This document shows positions 50,926-61,206 of a DNA stretch of 64,000 nucleotides, in pieces. Each line of letters starts with the position of its first letter. Within the stretch, counting starts at the first letter, position 1. Below the pieces are notes generated by a model. It searched no databases, was not told the origin of the DNA, and saw nothing but the letters and a program-made list of their open reading frames with translations. Source of the stretch: an uncultured delta proteobacterium (GTDB lineage Bacteria; Desulfobacterota; Desulfomonilia; UBA1062); the NCBI GenBank assembly GCA_963798485.1, contig CAWCTR010000010.1, forward strand, positions 61,411 to 125,410, given 5' to 3'. The position numbers and the translations under genes are program-made.

Positions 50926-52806
50926 ATGCAAAAGGGCATGATGAACTATAACCTATCTCCAATGACCCTTTCAGAACAATCATTCCTTCCCGATCAAGAA
51001 TTAATATTCATCCCTGAGTTGGAAGAACGGGTCTTTGCTTTTATCAGCAAGATCTGGCACTCCTTTGTCAACAAGACCGTGTCCCTCACCTTCACTGAAA
51101 GGGATTATTGTTTCGACTATGGTTTATTCGAGGTTATCGACGGTGAAGCAACCCGTATAGCCGCTGTATCCAGCCAGGTCCGGCTTGGTGACATCGCGAA
51201 ACAAAAGATACCGAAGGAGTTTGCTCAATTCAAAAAGATGACCCGTTCGACACCAGTAAGCTACCAGACCAACTTAACATCGAATATCCTGCGGGAAGCA
51301 ATCATCAAAAGGGGAAAAGGAGAAAAACCTCCCATAGTCGTGGTTGATCTGAGAAAAGACAAGCGAATCCACCCCAAGCTGAAGGAAATTATTACTGAAG
51401 ATATGAACCATAGTGTGGGGATCACACTCTTTTTCGGCGATAATCCGATCGGAGTCCTGTGGGGTGTCCGCCGGGACCCATTAACTCCCAAGCAGAAAGC
51501 GCTTTTGTTTCCCCAGTTGTATTCCTTGAGTGGTGGTATCTCAACTATTATGGCCCTGGAATTCAACAGGGGTAAATATAATTTCAGATCTGTCAGGAAA
51601 ACCATCGAAAAGATCGATACCAACTCCAGCATCCTCAATCTCTTCTATACAAAGAAAGCCGGCCAGTCTACGCCGGTACGTACGATCATCGGCAGGTCAA
51701 ATCTTTTTAATTCAAAATTCCGCCTGGATGCAAGCTACATCGTCCCGACATCGCGTGGTTATTCCATCAGCTTGAAACGGTTTTTACCCGAACGTGAAAA
51801 CAATACAGGGAAAACACTGCTCATGATCCCCGGATTCTTTTGTAATCGTTCGATATTCGATCAGATGGCCAGGGAGATGGCATTCAAATACGGGTATAAG
51901 GTCATCTCCCTTGACTGCCGAGGAAGGGCCAAGAGTACACTACCGGCCGGCTGGTTCAATAAGGCCTGGTCAATTGACGATTTTATTAACGAAGACTTTC
52001 CGAAGGCATTAGCCTGGATACATGAACAGTATCCCGATGAGCGTATAGTGGTCTACGGCCATAGCATGGGCGGACTCATCGCCCGTTGTTACACGGGCTC
52101 ATATCAGGCAATTCAACAGATTACAAACCGCTATGATTTGCCCGACCCAGAGACCCACATAGCCGGTATTGTCTCTATTGCCTCACCGGATTATGTGGAT
52201 GTGAAGCTCGGGATTCCCGGTACTCATCTCATGAGATATTTTACGAAGCTTATTCCGGAAAGCTTCAACTTACATACTATGACCGGTAATGCCTTCAACA
52301 AGCTTCTTGCCCTGTCCATATCAAAGGTAGTCCCTACGATTAACCTGAAAAGCTTTTTTTCCCACCTTTTTGATTTCCATGAATCGATACGTCAACTTAC
52401 ATTCGATCTGAGCACCCGAGTCCGTTCTCTTCAAGACCTTATCGGTTTTCCGCAGATTACGCCCCCAGAGGTCTACCTGTTGATGGAAGACATCATCTGC
52501 GAGGAATCCACCAAGGTGATGATACAATTCTTACGCTCTCAGGTTTTCGGCAACAGCATCATGTCATTCGACGGGAAAATCAATTATACGGAAAATCTGA
52601 AAAACATCAAATTACCCGTCTTTCACATCATGGGCAGTCTCGATATAATTGCCCCTCCCGAGACCATCAGATATGGTTACGACGTAATTTCATCGACCAA
52701 TAAGCATCTGAAGGAATTCAGACAAGGACATATCGGACTGGTCATGAATCCAAAGACTGTCCGGGAAATTGCGAAAACCACTCATCAATGGATAGGCATG
52801 CTTTAA
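50926..52806 (+). CDS. Alpha/beta hydrolase with N-terminal GAF-like region
   Basis: PGFF oxyanion motif, GHSMGG, D in SLDIIAP, H in GHIGL; N-terminal I.L..GD.PIGVLW GAF-like strand. Confidence 0.75.
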   Translation: MQKGMMNYNLSPMTLSEQSFLPDQELIFIPELEERVFAFISKIWHSFVNKTVSLTFTERDYCFDYGLFEVIDGEATRIAAVSSQVRLGDIAKQKIPKEFAQFKKMTRSTPVSYQTNLTSNILREAIIKRGKGEKPPIVVVDLRKDKRIHPKLKEIITEDMNHSVGITLFFGDNPIGVLWGVRRDPLTPKQKALLFPQLYSLSGGISTIMALEFNRGKYNFRSVRKTIEKIDTNSSILNLFYTKKAGQSTPVRTIIGRSNLFNSKFRLDASYIVPTSRGYSISLKRFLPERENNTGKTLLMIPGFFCNRSIFDQMAREMAFKYGYKVISLDCRGRAKSTLPAGWFNKAWSIDDFINEDFPKALAWIHEQYPDERIVVYGHSMGGLIARCYTGSYQAIQQITNRYDLPDPETHIAGIVSIASPDYVDVKLGIPGTHLMRYFTKLIPESFNLHTMTGNAFNKLLALSISKVVPTINLKSFFSHLFDFHESIRQLTFDLSTRVRSLQDLIGFPQITPPEVYLLMEDIICEESTKVMIQFLRSQVFGNSIMSFDGKINYTENLKNIKLPVFHIMGSLDIIAPPETIRYGYDVISSTNKHLKEFRQGHIGLVMNPKTVREIAKTTHQWIGML

Positions 52807-52895
52807 TATTTGACTTTTAACATTTAATCCTTGACTTGAGTGGTTTTCACCCTTTAATATTAAAGTCTTTTCACATGCTTGCTGGAGGTATCTGT

Positions 52896-54377
52896 ATGGG
52901 GCGCACTGTAAAGCTTGAACCAATGTCGAGTATCGACAGTTTTTGGTTAAGCATGGACGAACCGACCAATCTCATGGTCATTACGGGTGTTATGGAATTT
53001 GATGAAATGCTCGATTTTTCTGCGCTCCGTGCACTTTTAGAAAAACGCCTACTTAGTTATGACCGTTTCAAGCAGAAGGTTGTATGGCCGACATCACAGT
53101 TGGGCAGGCCATTTTGGGATGAAGACCCCAATTTCGATATCCGAAACCACATTTCCCGTGTGGCCCTGCCGACCCCCAGGGACAAAGCCACCCTGCAGCG
53201 CATGATCAGCGATCTCTCTATTATCCCACTGGATAAGACAAAACCATTATGGCAGATTCACATTATTGAAAACTATGGCGAGGGATGTGTCCTATTCATT
53301 CGGATACACCATGCCATCGCCGATGGGATTGCACTCATACGTCTATTGCTTTCCATGGCCGACACGGAACCGAATCTGACCTATTTAGGTGCGGACGACA
53401 CGAGCGAAGAAGAGCGTATGAGACAGTTAAAGCGCAAGTCGGGAGTAACAGGGTCGTTAAATCTTTTCATGCGGGCGGCAGTGAACACCTTCATCAAGAC
53501 CACCGGGTTCGCGTACGATGAAGTCACGAAGACCATAGCATATCCCTCTCATCTGACAAAGTTGGCCAAGCTCTATGGGGAAATAGGCTTGGAAAGTACC
53601 ACGGTTTTAACAAAACTCGCGCTGATGCCCTCCGATTCGAAGACATCTCTTAAAGGAAAGCTGGGTGTCCAGAAAGGTGTTTGCTGGTCGTCCCCAATGC
53701 CGCTTGCCAGCGTCAAGGAGATCGGCGGATATTTTCGGTGCACGATCAACGATGTCCTGATGGCGGCCGTTTCCGGAGCGATCAGGAGATATCTCCTGGA
53801 ACGGGGCGATGATCTGGATGATGCGGAGGTTCGGGTGGCCATACCGGTCAATGTCCGTCCCGAAAGTCCGGATATTGAACTGGGTAATCAATTCAGTCTT
53901 GTGATATTGTCTCTTCCGGTCAGCATGGCTGATCCCGTTCGCAGATTGCGCGAGACGAGAAAGAGAATGCGATCCATCAAGGAGTCTGCCGAGGCCTTTG
54001 TAGGGTTCCAGGTCATGAAGATCATGGGCATTCCTCCCCAAGCCCTTTCGAGGAAGGGTGCCAGATTCTTTGCAAGTAAATTTACCGGGATTCTTTCAAA
54101 TGTCCCCGGGCCCAGGCAACCTCTCTATTTCACCGATAAAAGGATTAAAAATATGATGTTCTGGGTCCCCCGCTCAGGGGATGTGGCCATCGGTATCAGT
54201 ATCATCAGCTATGCCGGTGATGTAACACTCGGAATTGCCACTGATACGCGTGTTGCGCCGGATCCTGAAAAGATTACGGATTATTTCAGTGAAGAATTTT
54301 CCCAGTTGCTTCATCTGGCGAAGGAGGACGTTCTGCACAGATCTTCTGTGAGCGACCATGCTTCAGAACAATCATGA
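52896..54377 (+). CDS. Wax ester synthase/diacylglycerol acyltransferase (WS/DGAT)
   Basis: PLWQ, catalytic HHAIADG, TINDV, PVNVR, GNQ, SNVPGP, SYAG; ATG 52896 behind GGAGG. Confidence 0.93.
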   Translation: MGRTVKLEPMSSIDSFWLSMDEPTNLMVITGVMEFDEMLDFSALRALLEKRLLSYDRFKQKVVWPTSQLGRPFWDEDPNFDIRNHISRVALPTPRDKATLQRMISDLSIIPLDKTKPLWQIHIIENYGEGCVLFIRIHHAIADGIALIRLLLSMADTEPNLTYLGADDTSEEERMRQLKRKSGVTGSLNLFMRAAVNTFIKTTGFAYDEVTKTIAYPSHLTKLAKLYGEIGLESTTVLTKLALMPSDSKTSLKGKLGVQKGVCWSSPMPLASVKEIGGYFRCTINDVLMAAVSGAIRRYLLERGDDLDDAEVRVAIPVNVRPESPDIELGNQFSLVILSLPVSMADPVRRLRETRKRMRSIKESAEAFVGFQVMKIMGIPPQALSRKGARFFASKFTGILSNVPGPRQPLYFTDKRIKNMMFWVPRSGDVAIGISIISYAGDVTLGIATDTRVAPDPEKITDYFSEEFSQLLHLAKEDVLHRSSVSDHASEQS

Positions 54378-54436
54378 AAGATTGTTGAGTTGTTCTTGAT
54401 CCTTGTTAGACAAAAAAATATAAGAGAGGGGGGATT

Positions 54437-54919
54437 ATGGCTGACAAAAAAAAATCAACCAAAGCAAAACCAAGAACTATTGCAAAACCTGTAACCAAAG
54501 CAAAACCTACAACCAAGAGAGAAGATGTAGCTGATGCGGCAAACAAGATCTGGAAGGCCGGCCTTGGTGCTCTGCGTACAGCCGAGGAGGAGGGCTCGAG
54601 GATCTTCAAATCCCTTATGGAGAAGGGTGAAGATTTTCAGAACGCAAGTAGGAAGGGAAGCCAGAAGCAGCTCGACAAGGTGAGTAAGATTATTAAAGGG
54701 GGCGTAGGGTCCGTAAAGGGTAAAATCGATGACATCACGGATCAGAAGGAAGGCATTTGGGAAGTATTGAAGTTAGAAGATGCCTTCACATCAGTCATGA
54801 AAACCTTTGGGGTGGCCACGCATAAGGAGATTGATATACTGAAAAGGAAGATCGATGCAATCTCAAAGGCCGTCAACGAACTGAGAGGAGATCCTCAGAG
54901 GCCTTCTGTAAAGAAATAA
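54437..54919 (+). CDS. Phasin-family (PhaF/PhaI-like) granule-associated protein
   Basis: IWKAGLGA...EEGSRIFKSLMEKGE, GVATHKEID.L; Lys-rich N-terminus. Confidence 0.82.
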   Translation: MADKKKSTKAKPRTIAKPVTKAKPTTKREDVADAANKIWKAGLGALRTAEEEGSRIFKSLMEKGEDFQNASRKGSQKQLDKVSKIIKGGVGSVKGKIDDITDQKEGIWEVLKLEDAFTSVMKTFGVATHKEIDILKRKIDAISKAVNELRGDPQRPSVKK

Positions 54920-54941
54920 GCTGTGCCATGCAATTAAAAAT

Positions 54942-54993
54942 TAAGATGAAAGGGAAGTGACATTGTCGGCCCATGTCACTTCCTTTCATCTTA
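54942..54993. terminator. Long hairpin after the phasin gene
   Basis: TAAGATGAAAGGGAAGTGACAT-N9-ATGTCACTTCCTTTCATCTTA (one bulge). Confidence 0.6.
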
Positions 54994-55009
54994 TACCCTA
55001 TACAATTTC

Positions 55010-56077
55010 ATGGAACCGTTATCAAAAAGGGACTCGACGATGGATCATATAAGGAAATATAGTTATCTTTTGATATACGGGCTGTGGTTCATTATCCTCG
55101 CAGGTTGCGGCCTCATTCTCAAGATGTGGTTACATCGGCGCTTACGCCGTTTTGCCGGAGCAATCCCGGAAAGACAGATTATTGCGCCGACATCCGAGGA
55201 TCATTTTGTGAAGATTGGCCGAAGTTGCTACCACTACACGGAATATCCGGCAACCGGAAAGGCTCTCCTTTTCATACACGGCTTTGCCTCATCAACCTAC
55301 ACATGGGAGAAAGTGGCCCCGGTACTCAATAAGCTGGGATATCATGTCTGGGCCTTGGACATAAAAGGCTTTGGCTGGTCTGAGAAGCCAAAGGATACAT
55401 CATACGATATTTTAACATTGACTGAAGAGGTTTATCAATGGATGGAGGCTTTTGGTTTAGATGATGTTGTGCTTGTCGGTAATTCCCTCGGGGGTGGAAT
55501 TGCAACACTTATGGCCCTCCTGCATCCGGAAAAAGTCGGCCGCATGGTACTTATTGATGCTGCAGCCTACAATACAGAATTTCCTTTTATTATGGAACTG
55601 GCCCGTTTGCCGTTGTCTGCCGAAATGACGAAACTGTTCTTCAGCCATTGGGTGGTCCGGCAAACATTACGCGAAGTCTATCATCATAAGGACTGGATCA
55701 CGAGAGATCAGGTGGACGCTTATTACGACAGACTGCAAACAGATAATGCATTGAACGCCCAGATTGCCGTTGTGAGGGCCTTGGAGTTCTCCAGTGTTGA
55801 GAAATATGTCAATCGAATACCGGAAATAAAAACCAAGGCCCTTATCATCTGGGGCGAACATGACAGATGGATTCCCCTCAGTAGCGCTTACAGGTTCAAG
55901 GCAGAACTCCGGGACGCAACCCTTGTAATCATACCGGAGTGTGGTCACATGCCGCAGGAGGAATATCCGGATTTCACGGCAAACCTGATTGATGCCTTCA
56001 TTCAGGACAAGCCCGTGATAGATATTATTAAACCTAAAACAGCAGATGGTTCGCAAAAACAGACATCTCTCGGCTAA
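55010..56077 (+). CDS. Membrane-anchored alpha/beta hydrolase
   Basis: N-terminal TM helix, IHGF, GNSLGG, WGEHD, CGHMPQEE. Confidence 0.88.
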   Translation: MEPLSKRDSTMDHIRKYSYLLIYGLWFIILAGCGLILKMWLHRRLRRFAGAIPERQIIAPTSEDHFVKIGRSCYHYTEYPATGKALLFIHGFASSTYTWEKVAPVLNKLGYHVWALDIKGFGWSEKPKDTSYDILTLTEEVYQWMEAFGLDDVVLVGNSLGGGIATLMALLHPEKVGRMVLIDAAAYNTEFPFIMELARLPLSAEMTKLFFSHWVVRQTLREVYHHKDWITRDQVDAYYDRLQTDNALNAQIAVVRALEFSSVEKYVNRIPEIKTKALIIWGEHDRWIPLSSAYRFKAELRDATLVIIPECGHMPQEEYPDFTANLIDAFIQDKPVIDIIKPKTADGSQKQTSLG

Positions 56078-56110
56078 TCTGGGAATGCGCGATTATAAGG
56101 TGATTGTTGT

Positions 56111-56827
56111 ATGGTAAAAGAGCGCGGAAAAAAAATCGGCACAAAGCCGGTAATGTCTCGCAATGCTGCAAATAAGAAAATGACTCAGCTGCCTGATGAA
56201 GAACGATCCCTTGTATTACAGGTAGCCTCATTGGCGGCAAAGGCCTTTAGGCTTGCGGCAAAGGCTGGAGATGCATCGATAAAAGTCGGCAAGGCATTGA
56301 TTACATCTTCATCCATCGATACCAAGTTGATGCAGGAAAGTGGGGCCTATCTCAAAGATGTTCGCGAACTTGCAGGATTAACCCAGGCTGAACTGGCTGA
56401 AGCGCTTCATTTGTCGGACCAGTCTCTCTTGGCAGCCGTCGAGAAGGGTACGGCTACATTGTCGTTTGAATTGATCCTGCGGTTGGCTGCATTGCTCGCC
56501 AGGCACGATCCTGTTCCGTTTATCATAAAGTTCACAAGAACTTATAATCCAGAGGTCTGGGATGTTCTGGAAAAATGGGGTGTCGGCCGGCTGCCTGTTC
56601 ACTTTGAGAGAGAGCGGCAGTTCATCAACATCTACCGTGCTCATGATGCTGCACGGAAATTGACTGACAACGGTTTTGAGAAGGTGCTGCAATTTACCCG
56701 GACAGCCTTTGAGATGGCCTTGCATTTCGTCTCTGAACAGCAGAAACATGAAAGTCATAACAGCCGGAACAGGAAAGCGAAGAAGCCTTCAGAGAAAACC
56801 CCTAAAAAGCATCGTAAGGACATATGA
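56111..56827 (+). CDS. XRE-type helix-turn-helix protein
   Basis: LKDVRELAGLTQAELAEAL...VEKG. Confidence 0.75.
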   Translation: MVKERGKKIGTKPVMSRNAANKKMTQLPDEERSLVLQVASLAAKAFRLAAKAGDASIKVGKALITSSSIDTKLMQESGAYLKDVRELAGLTQAELAEALHLSDQSLLAAVEKGTATLSFELILRLAALLARHDPVPFIIKFTRTYNPEVWDVLEKWGVGRLPVHFERERQFINIYRAHDAARKLTDNGFEKVLQFTRTAFEMALHFVSEQQKHESHNSRNRKAKKPSEKTPKKHRKDI

Positions 56828-58510
56828 ATGCGATTTCGCAAAATAGGTATTATCCCCGGAACATACCATAACCTCGACCGCTATCGGCAGATTATCACGA
56901 TTCTCTTCAAGTACGGCTTTGACAGTGTGCTCGACAGGATCAACCTTGGCTCTTATCTCGGGACCGGCCTACAGAAAATTTCCCGAAACCACCGCAAGCA
57001 AATAGAAGATCTGAGCGACTATGAACGTCTTCGCATGGCCGTTGAAGAACTGGGCCCGACATTCATTAAAATGGGCCAGATCCTTTCCACAAGGTCTGAT
57101 CTTGTGCCGCTCGGTCTCATCAATGAATTAAGTAAATTGCAGGATGATGTACCTCCGTTTCCCATAGACCAGGTAAAAGAGATATTAAAACAGGAACTTC
57201 ACGCACCCATGGGAAAGTTCTTTGCAAGGTTTGATGATACCCCCCTGGCAGCCGCTTCCATCGGCCAGGTCCATCGTGCTCAGCTGGTTACCGGTGAAGA
57301 GGTTATCGTGAAGGTCCAGCGGCCGGGAATCAAAAAGATGATCGAAGTGGATCTTGAGATCCTCAATCACATAGCATTACTGATGGAAAGACACCTGGAA
57401 GAGGCCAAAATATACCAGCCGACCAAGATCGTTGATGAGTTTACCCGCAGCATTACGAAAGAAATCAACTATGAGATTGAAGCTCAGCACGCAGAGCGTT
57501 TTGCTAGGCAATTTTCCAAGAACAAACTCATATACATCCCGAAGATTTTCAGGGCTACGACGACCCAGCGTGTTCTGACCATGGAGTATGTTGACGGCAT
57601 AAAAGTCTCAGATGTAGCCCTCTTAAAGCATTCGGGCCTTGACTGCAAGACCATAGCCTCCCGCGGCGCATACCTAACCTTTGAACAGCTTTTCAAACAT
57701 GGGTTTTTCCATGCCGATCCCCATCCTGGAAACATCTGTGTCTTGCCGGGAAACGTCATATGCTATCTTGATTTCGGCATGATGGACTATGTCGATAAAA
57801 GGTCCATGGATACCTTCCTGGATATCGTCAGCGGCTATGTAAGTCGTGATAAAGCGACCATAACCGATGCTGCAATGAGGATCGTTGAATGGGATGAAGA
57901 TCCGGACCGAAAGGCCCTGGAGAGTGATATCGAAGGGTTCATTGATCGTTATCTCTACAAACCCCTTGATGGCATGCATCTGGGCGATATCCTCCGGGAG
58001 TCGTTGCAACTTCTTGCAAGGCACAACTTAAGGCTGCCGCCGGATATTTTTTTCATGATAAAGGCCGTATCTGAGGTTGAAGGCATCGGGCTCATGTTGG
58101 ACCCCGATTTCGATATAGTGACTAAAGTGACTCCGTTCATTAAGAAAATCCAGAAGGAGCGGATACATCCCGGTCGCTTCATAGACGATTTAATGTTGTT
58201 AAGCAGCAGTCTCAGGCAATTCCCCCTTGATCTCCATGACCTTCTGAAACAGCTTAGACTTGGGAAAGGCAAGATACGGATCGAGCACAGAGGGCTTGAA
58301 CCGCTGATTTTCGGTATCAACCGTTCTTCCAACCGCATCGCATTCTCATTTATTATCGCATCCCTTATCATAGGTTCCTCTCTGATCATTACGACCCATA
58401 CAGGCCCGACCCTTGACGGGCTTCCCTTGCTTGGCCTTCTCGGCTATACCATTGCAGTCATATTATGTTTGTGGCTTATTATTTTGATCAGGAAATCCGG
58501 CAGACTCTGA
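56828..58510 (+). CDS. ABC1/UbiB/AarF-family atypical kinase
   Basis: LGPTFIKMGQ, LAAASIGQVH, VKVQRPG, FHADPHPGN, DFGM, C-terminal TM helices. Confidence 0.93.
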   Translation: MRFRKIGIIPGTYHNLDRYRQIITILFKYGFDSVLDRINLGSYLGTGLQKISRNHRKQIEDLSDYERLRMAVEELGPTFIKMGQILSTRSDLVPLGLINELSKLQDDVPPFPIDQVKEILKQELHAPMGKFFARFDDTPLAAASIGQVHRAQLVTGEEVIVKVQRPGIKKMIEVDLEILNHIALLMERHLEEAKIYQPTKIVDEFTRSITKEINYEIEAQHAERFARQFSKNKLIYIPKIFRATTTQRVLTMEYVDGIKVSDVALLKHSGLDCKTIASRGAYLTFEQLFKHGFFHADPHPGNICVLPGNVICYLDFGMMDYVDKRSMDTFLDIVSGYVSRDKATITDAAMRIVEWDEDPDRKALESDIEGFIDRYLYKPLDGMHLGDILRESLQLLARHNLRLPPDIFFMIKAVSEVEGIGLMLDPDFDIVTKVTPFIKKIQKERIHPGRFIDDLMLLSSSLRQFPLDLHDLLKQLRLGKGKIRIEHRGLEPLIFGINRSSNRIAFSFIIASLIIGSSLIITTHTGPTLDGLPLLGLLGYTIAVILCLWLIILIRKSGRL

Positions 58511-58544
58511 TCTCCAATCGTTTCATTCCTTCAACAGCCGACCA

Positions 58545-60695
58545 TCAACCTAACATCCCTGTCTCCGTTGAAGTCGCGTTTGCTGCCGGCAGGTAAAAGC
58601 GTTCGACATAATCTTTCACCATGCGATCTGCATTGAAGCGCCAGCCAAGGGTAAGCATCGCATGCTTCATCCGCTTGACCCATTGTGATGGTACACCATG
58701 GGCGTCTCTCTGATAATAAAGGGGGATCACCTCATTTTCGAGTGTTTCATAGAGATATTCGGAATCCCTCTGGTTCTGCACCGCCAGGTCATTGTCCATT
58801 CCGCCATGGCCGATGGCAAATCCGTTTTTACCGTCATATGCCTCGTTCCACCATCCATCCAGCACTGAGAGATTGAGGCCCCCGTTGAGGATCACCTTCT
58901 GGCCGCTGGTGCCGCAAGCCTCCAACGGCCGCCTCGGGGTGTTCAACCACACATCCACCCCCTGAACGAGATGGCGTGCTACATTATAGTCATAGTTCTC
59001 CACAAATACGATACTGCTCCTGAACTTTTTCGAATAGCTGAACTGGGCGATACGCTGCAGGAGATGCTTGCCTTCGTTGTCCTGGGGGTGCGCCTTGCCG
59101 GCAAAGATGATCTGTATGGGACGCGCTTTGTCCTTGACCAGATGTGTCAGGCGTTCGAGTTGTGATAAGATGAGGTCTCCCCGCTTGTATGTGGCAAACC
59201 TTCGGGCACTGCCGATGGTCAGCACATCAGGGTCAAGGATATGGTCTATATTCTTTGCTATATCCTTTTGTCCCAGGCGCTCTGCCTGTATCTTAAGGCG
59301 TCGCCTCACAAAGTGGATGAGACGCATCTTGAGGGTCTGGTGTGTCTCCCATAGCTCTGCGTCGTCGATATCAGCCACCTTTTCCCAGACATCCGGGTGT
59401 ATCATGCGTGTGTCCCAGTCCTCACCGAGGCGCGTCTGAAACAGCTGGTACATCTGGGGAGCAAGCCAGGATAACATATGCACTCCGTTGGTGATGTGAC
59501 CTATGGGTACCTCTGATTCGGTTCTATCCGGCCAGAGACAGTTCCACATGAGACGGCTCACATCCCCGTGGATTGCAGAAACACCATTGGCCCGGCGCGA
59601 GCTCTTCAATGCCAAAACTGTCATGCAGAAGGTCTCTGAATTGTCGGATGGATTGACCCGTCCGAGCGCCATGAAGTCTCTATGGGACAGACCTAAATTA
59701 TCCCTGAAGAGACCCAGATGCTCCTCAATCAGATCCGGAGAGAACCGGTCGTGACCGGCCGCAACCGGGGTGTGTGTTGTAAAGACGGTATACAGTGAAA
59801 CCCGCCGGTGGGCGCGCTTGAATGGAATGTGGTCGTATTCCATAACCCTTCTTACCTCTTCAAGGATGGCAAAGGAGCTATGTCCCTCGTTCAGGTGAAG
59901 CACGCCCGGGGAAATATTGAGCCTTTGCAGGATTCGCGCTCCGCCGATTCCCAGCAGCAGTTCCTGGCGGATACGCCTTTTATGGTCTCCGCCGTAAAGC
60001 CTGGAGGTTAGTTCACGGTCTTCTGCAGAGTTGCCGTCTATGTTGGAATCGAGCAGCATCAGACGGATGCGGCCTACCTGAACCTGCCAGACCCTTGCCT
60101 GGAGGGGACTGGTCCGGGTATCAATCCGTACGACCAATTGCGATCCGCGAGAATCCATAACCGGCCGCAGCGGCAGCTTGTGGACATCGAGGTTGATGTA
60201 ATCTTCTTCCTGCCACCCGTCCTTGTTCAGGCGCTGAATGAAATAACCCTGGTGATAGAGCAGGCCGATCCCGATCAGTGGAATACCAAGATCTGAGGCG
60301 CTTTTCAGATGGTCGCCGGCCAGTATGCCCAGGCCCCCCGAATAGATGGGGATTGATTCATGCAGGCCGAACTCTGCGGAAAAGTAGACAACGGGGCGGT
60401 TGTTAAGATTTCCGCAATGGATGGCCCCCCAGGTATTTTGCTGTTCCACATACTCGTTCAGTCGCCTGAACGCATAGTTTATCCTGCTGTGGAGGACAAG
60501 TTCAGAGGCGCGGTCCTCAAGTTGTTTAGATGTAATCTGATTTATGAAGGCGACAGGGTTGTGCTCCACCTGGCGCCAGAGAAGGGGATCCAGGTCGCTG
60601 AGTCTGGTGCTGATAAGTTCAGGGTGCCATGTCCACCAGAGATTATCAGCCAGGGCACGAAGACGCTTATGAAGATCACTGGTTGTATCTTTCAT
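58545..60695 (-). CDS. glgP: Alpha-glucan (glycogen) phosphorylase, paralogue 2
   Basis: Same motifs as and highly similar to 20953-23100. Confidence 0.95.
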   Translation of the reverse strand: MKDTTSDLHKRLRALADNLWWTWHPELISTRLSDLDPLLWRQVEHNPVAFINQITSKQLEDRASELVLHSRINYAFRRLNEYVEQQNTWGAIHCGNLNNRPVVYFSAEFGLHESIPIYSGGLGILAGDHLKSASDLGIPLIGIGLLYHQGYFIQRLNKDGWQEEDYINLDVHKLPLRPVMDSRGSQLVVRIDTRTSPLQARVWQVQVGRIRLMLLDSNIDGNSAEDRELTSRLYGGDHKRRIRQELLLGIGGARILQRLNISPGVLHLNEGHSSFAILEEVRRVMEYDHIPFKRAHRRVSLYTVFTTHTPVAAGHDRFSPDLIEEHLGLFRDNLGLSHRDFMALGRVNPSDNSETFCMTVLALKSSRRANGVSAIHGDVSRLMWNCLWPDRTESEVPIGHITNGVHMLSWLAPQMYQLFQTRLGEDWDTRMIHPDVWEKVADIDDAELWETHQTLKMRLIHFVRRRLKIQAERLGQKDIAKNIDHILDPDVLTIGSARRFATYKRGDLILSQLERLTHLVKDKARPIQIIFAGKAHPQDNEGKHLLQRIAQFSYSKKFRSSIVFVENYDYNVARHLVQGVDVWLNTPRRPLEACGTSGQKVILNGGLNLSVLDGWWNEAYDGKNGFAIGHGGMDNDLAVQNQRDSEYLYETLENEVIPLYYQRDAHGVPSQWVKRMKHAMLTLGWRFNADRMVKDYVERFYLPAANATSTETGMLG

Positions 60696-61112
60696 ATATC
60701 CCCCTTCATTGAGTTGATTTGGAAATTCGCTAAGACAATGTAATGTAAAAATATATTATATATGCATTTATCTTACATAACAAGGAACAGCTTACGGTTG
60801 TGACTGACACCCAACAGAAAAGGTAGAGAGAACGATACGTAAAATGAGGGGGGATCGATTATCTGCGTTACTGAATTTAAAGTGATCTTACGTTTATCTG
60901 TAATTATAATTGTGCTGCAAGTTACCCTATATCTGAAAAGAATGTCTAATAAGAGCGCTCCACTGGGTACAGTTAACCATGTTGCCGAGCTTTGTCATTA
61001 TACCTTATGATGATTCATTCGATTTCATCACGGTTTAGAGAAACCGGAAAACTGAACATAATGTTTTCTGATATATGGTATTCGGGTAATAGGCTCAAAG
61101 CGCCACTCATGG

Positions 61113-61199
61113 CACCCATTAAAAGGCCCCTGTCAATAAAAACATAGTTCACCATCGCACATTTTTTTGCAGGTCTAACATATAGCCAGCTGAGAGCAC
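61113..61199 (-). mobile_element. Miniature remnant of the IS110 element (right end only) between two GTG cores
   Basis: 61110-61191 is the reverse complement of 29474-29555 with about 5 mismatches in 82 nt. Confidence 0.85.
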
Positions 61200-61206
61200 G
61201 TTATCT

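Noticed and set aside
50926-54919. PHA biosynthesis operon suggested by the phasin
   Set aside because: No Cys-type PhaC lipase box and no phaA/phaB; WS/DGAT points to neutral lipids instead
61172-61206. attC site after the peptidase gene (AGATAAC..GTTAGAC on minus strand)
   Set aside because: Too short, arms not complementary, and better explained as IS110 target plus right-end remnant
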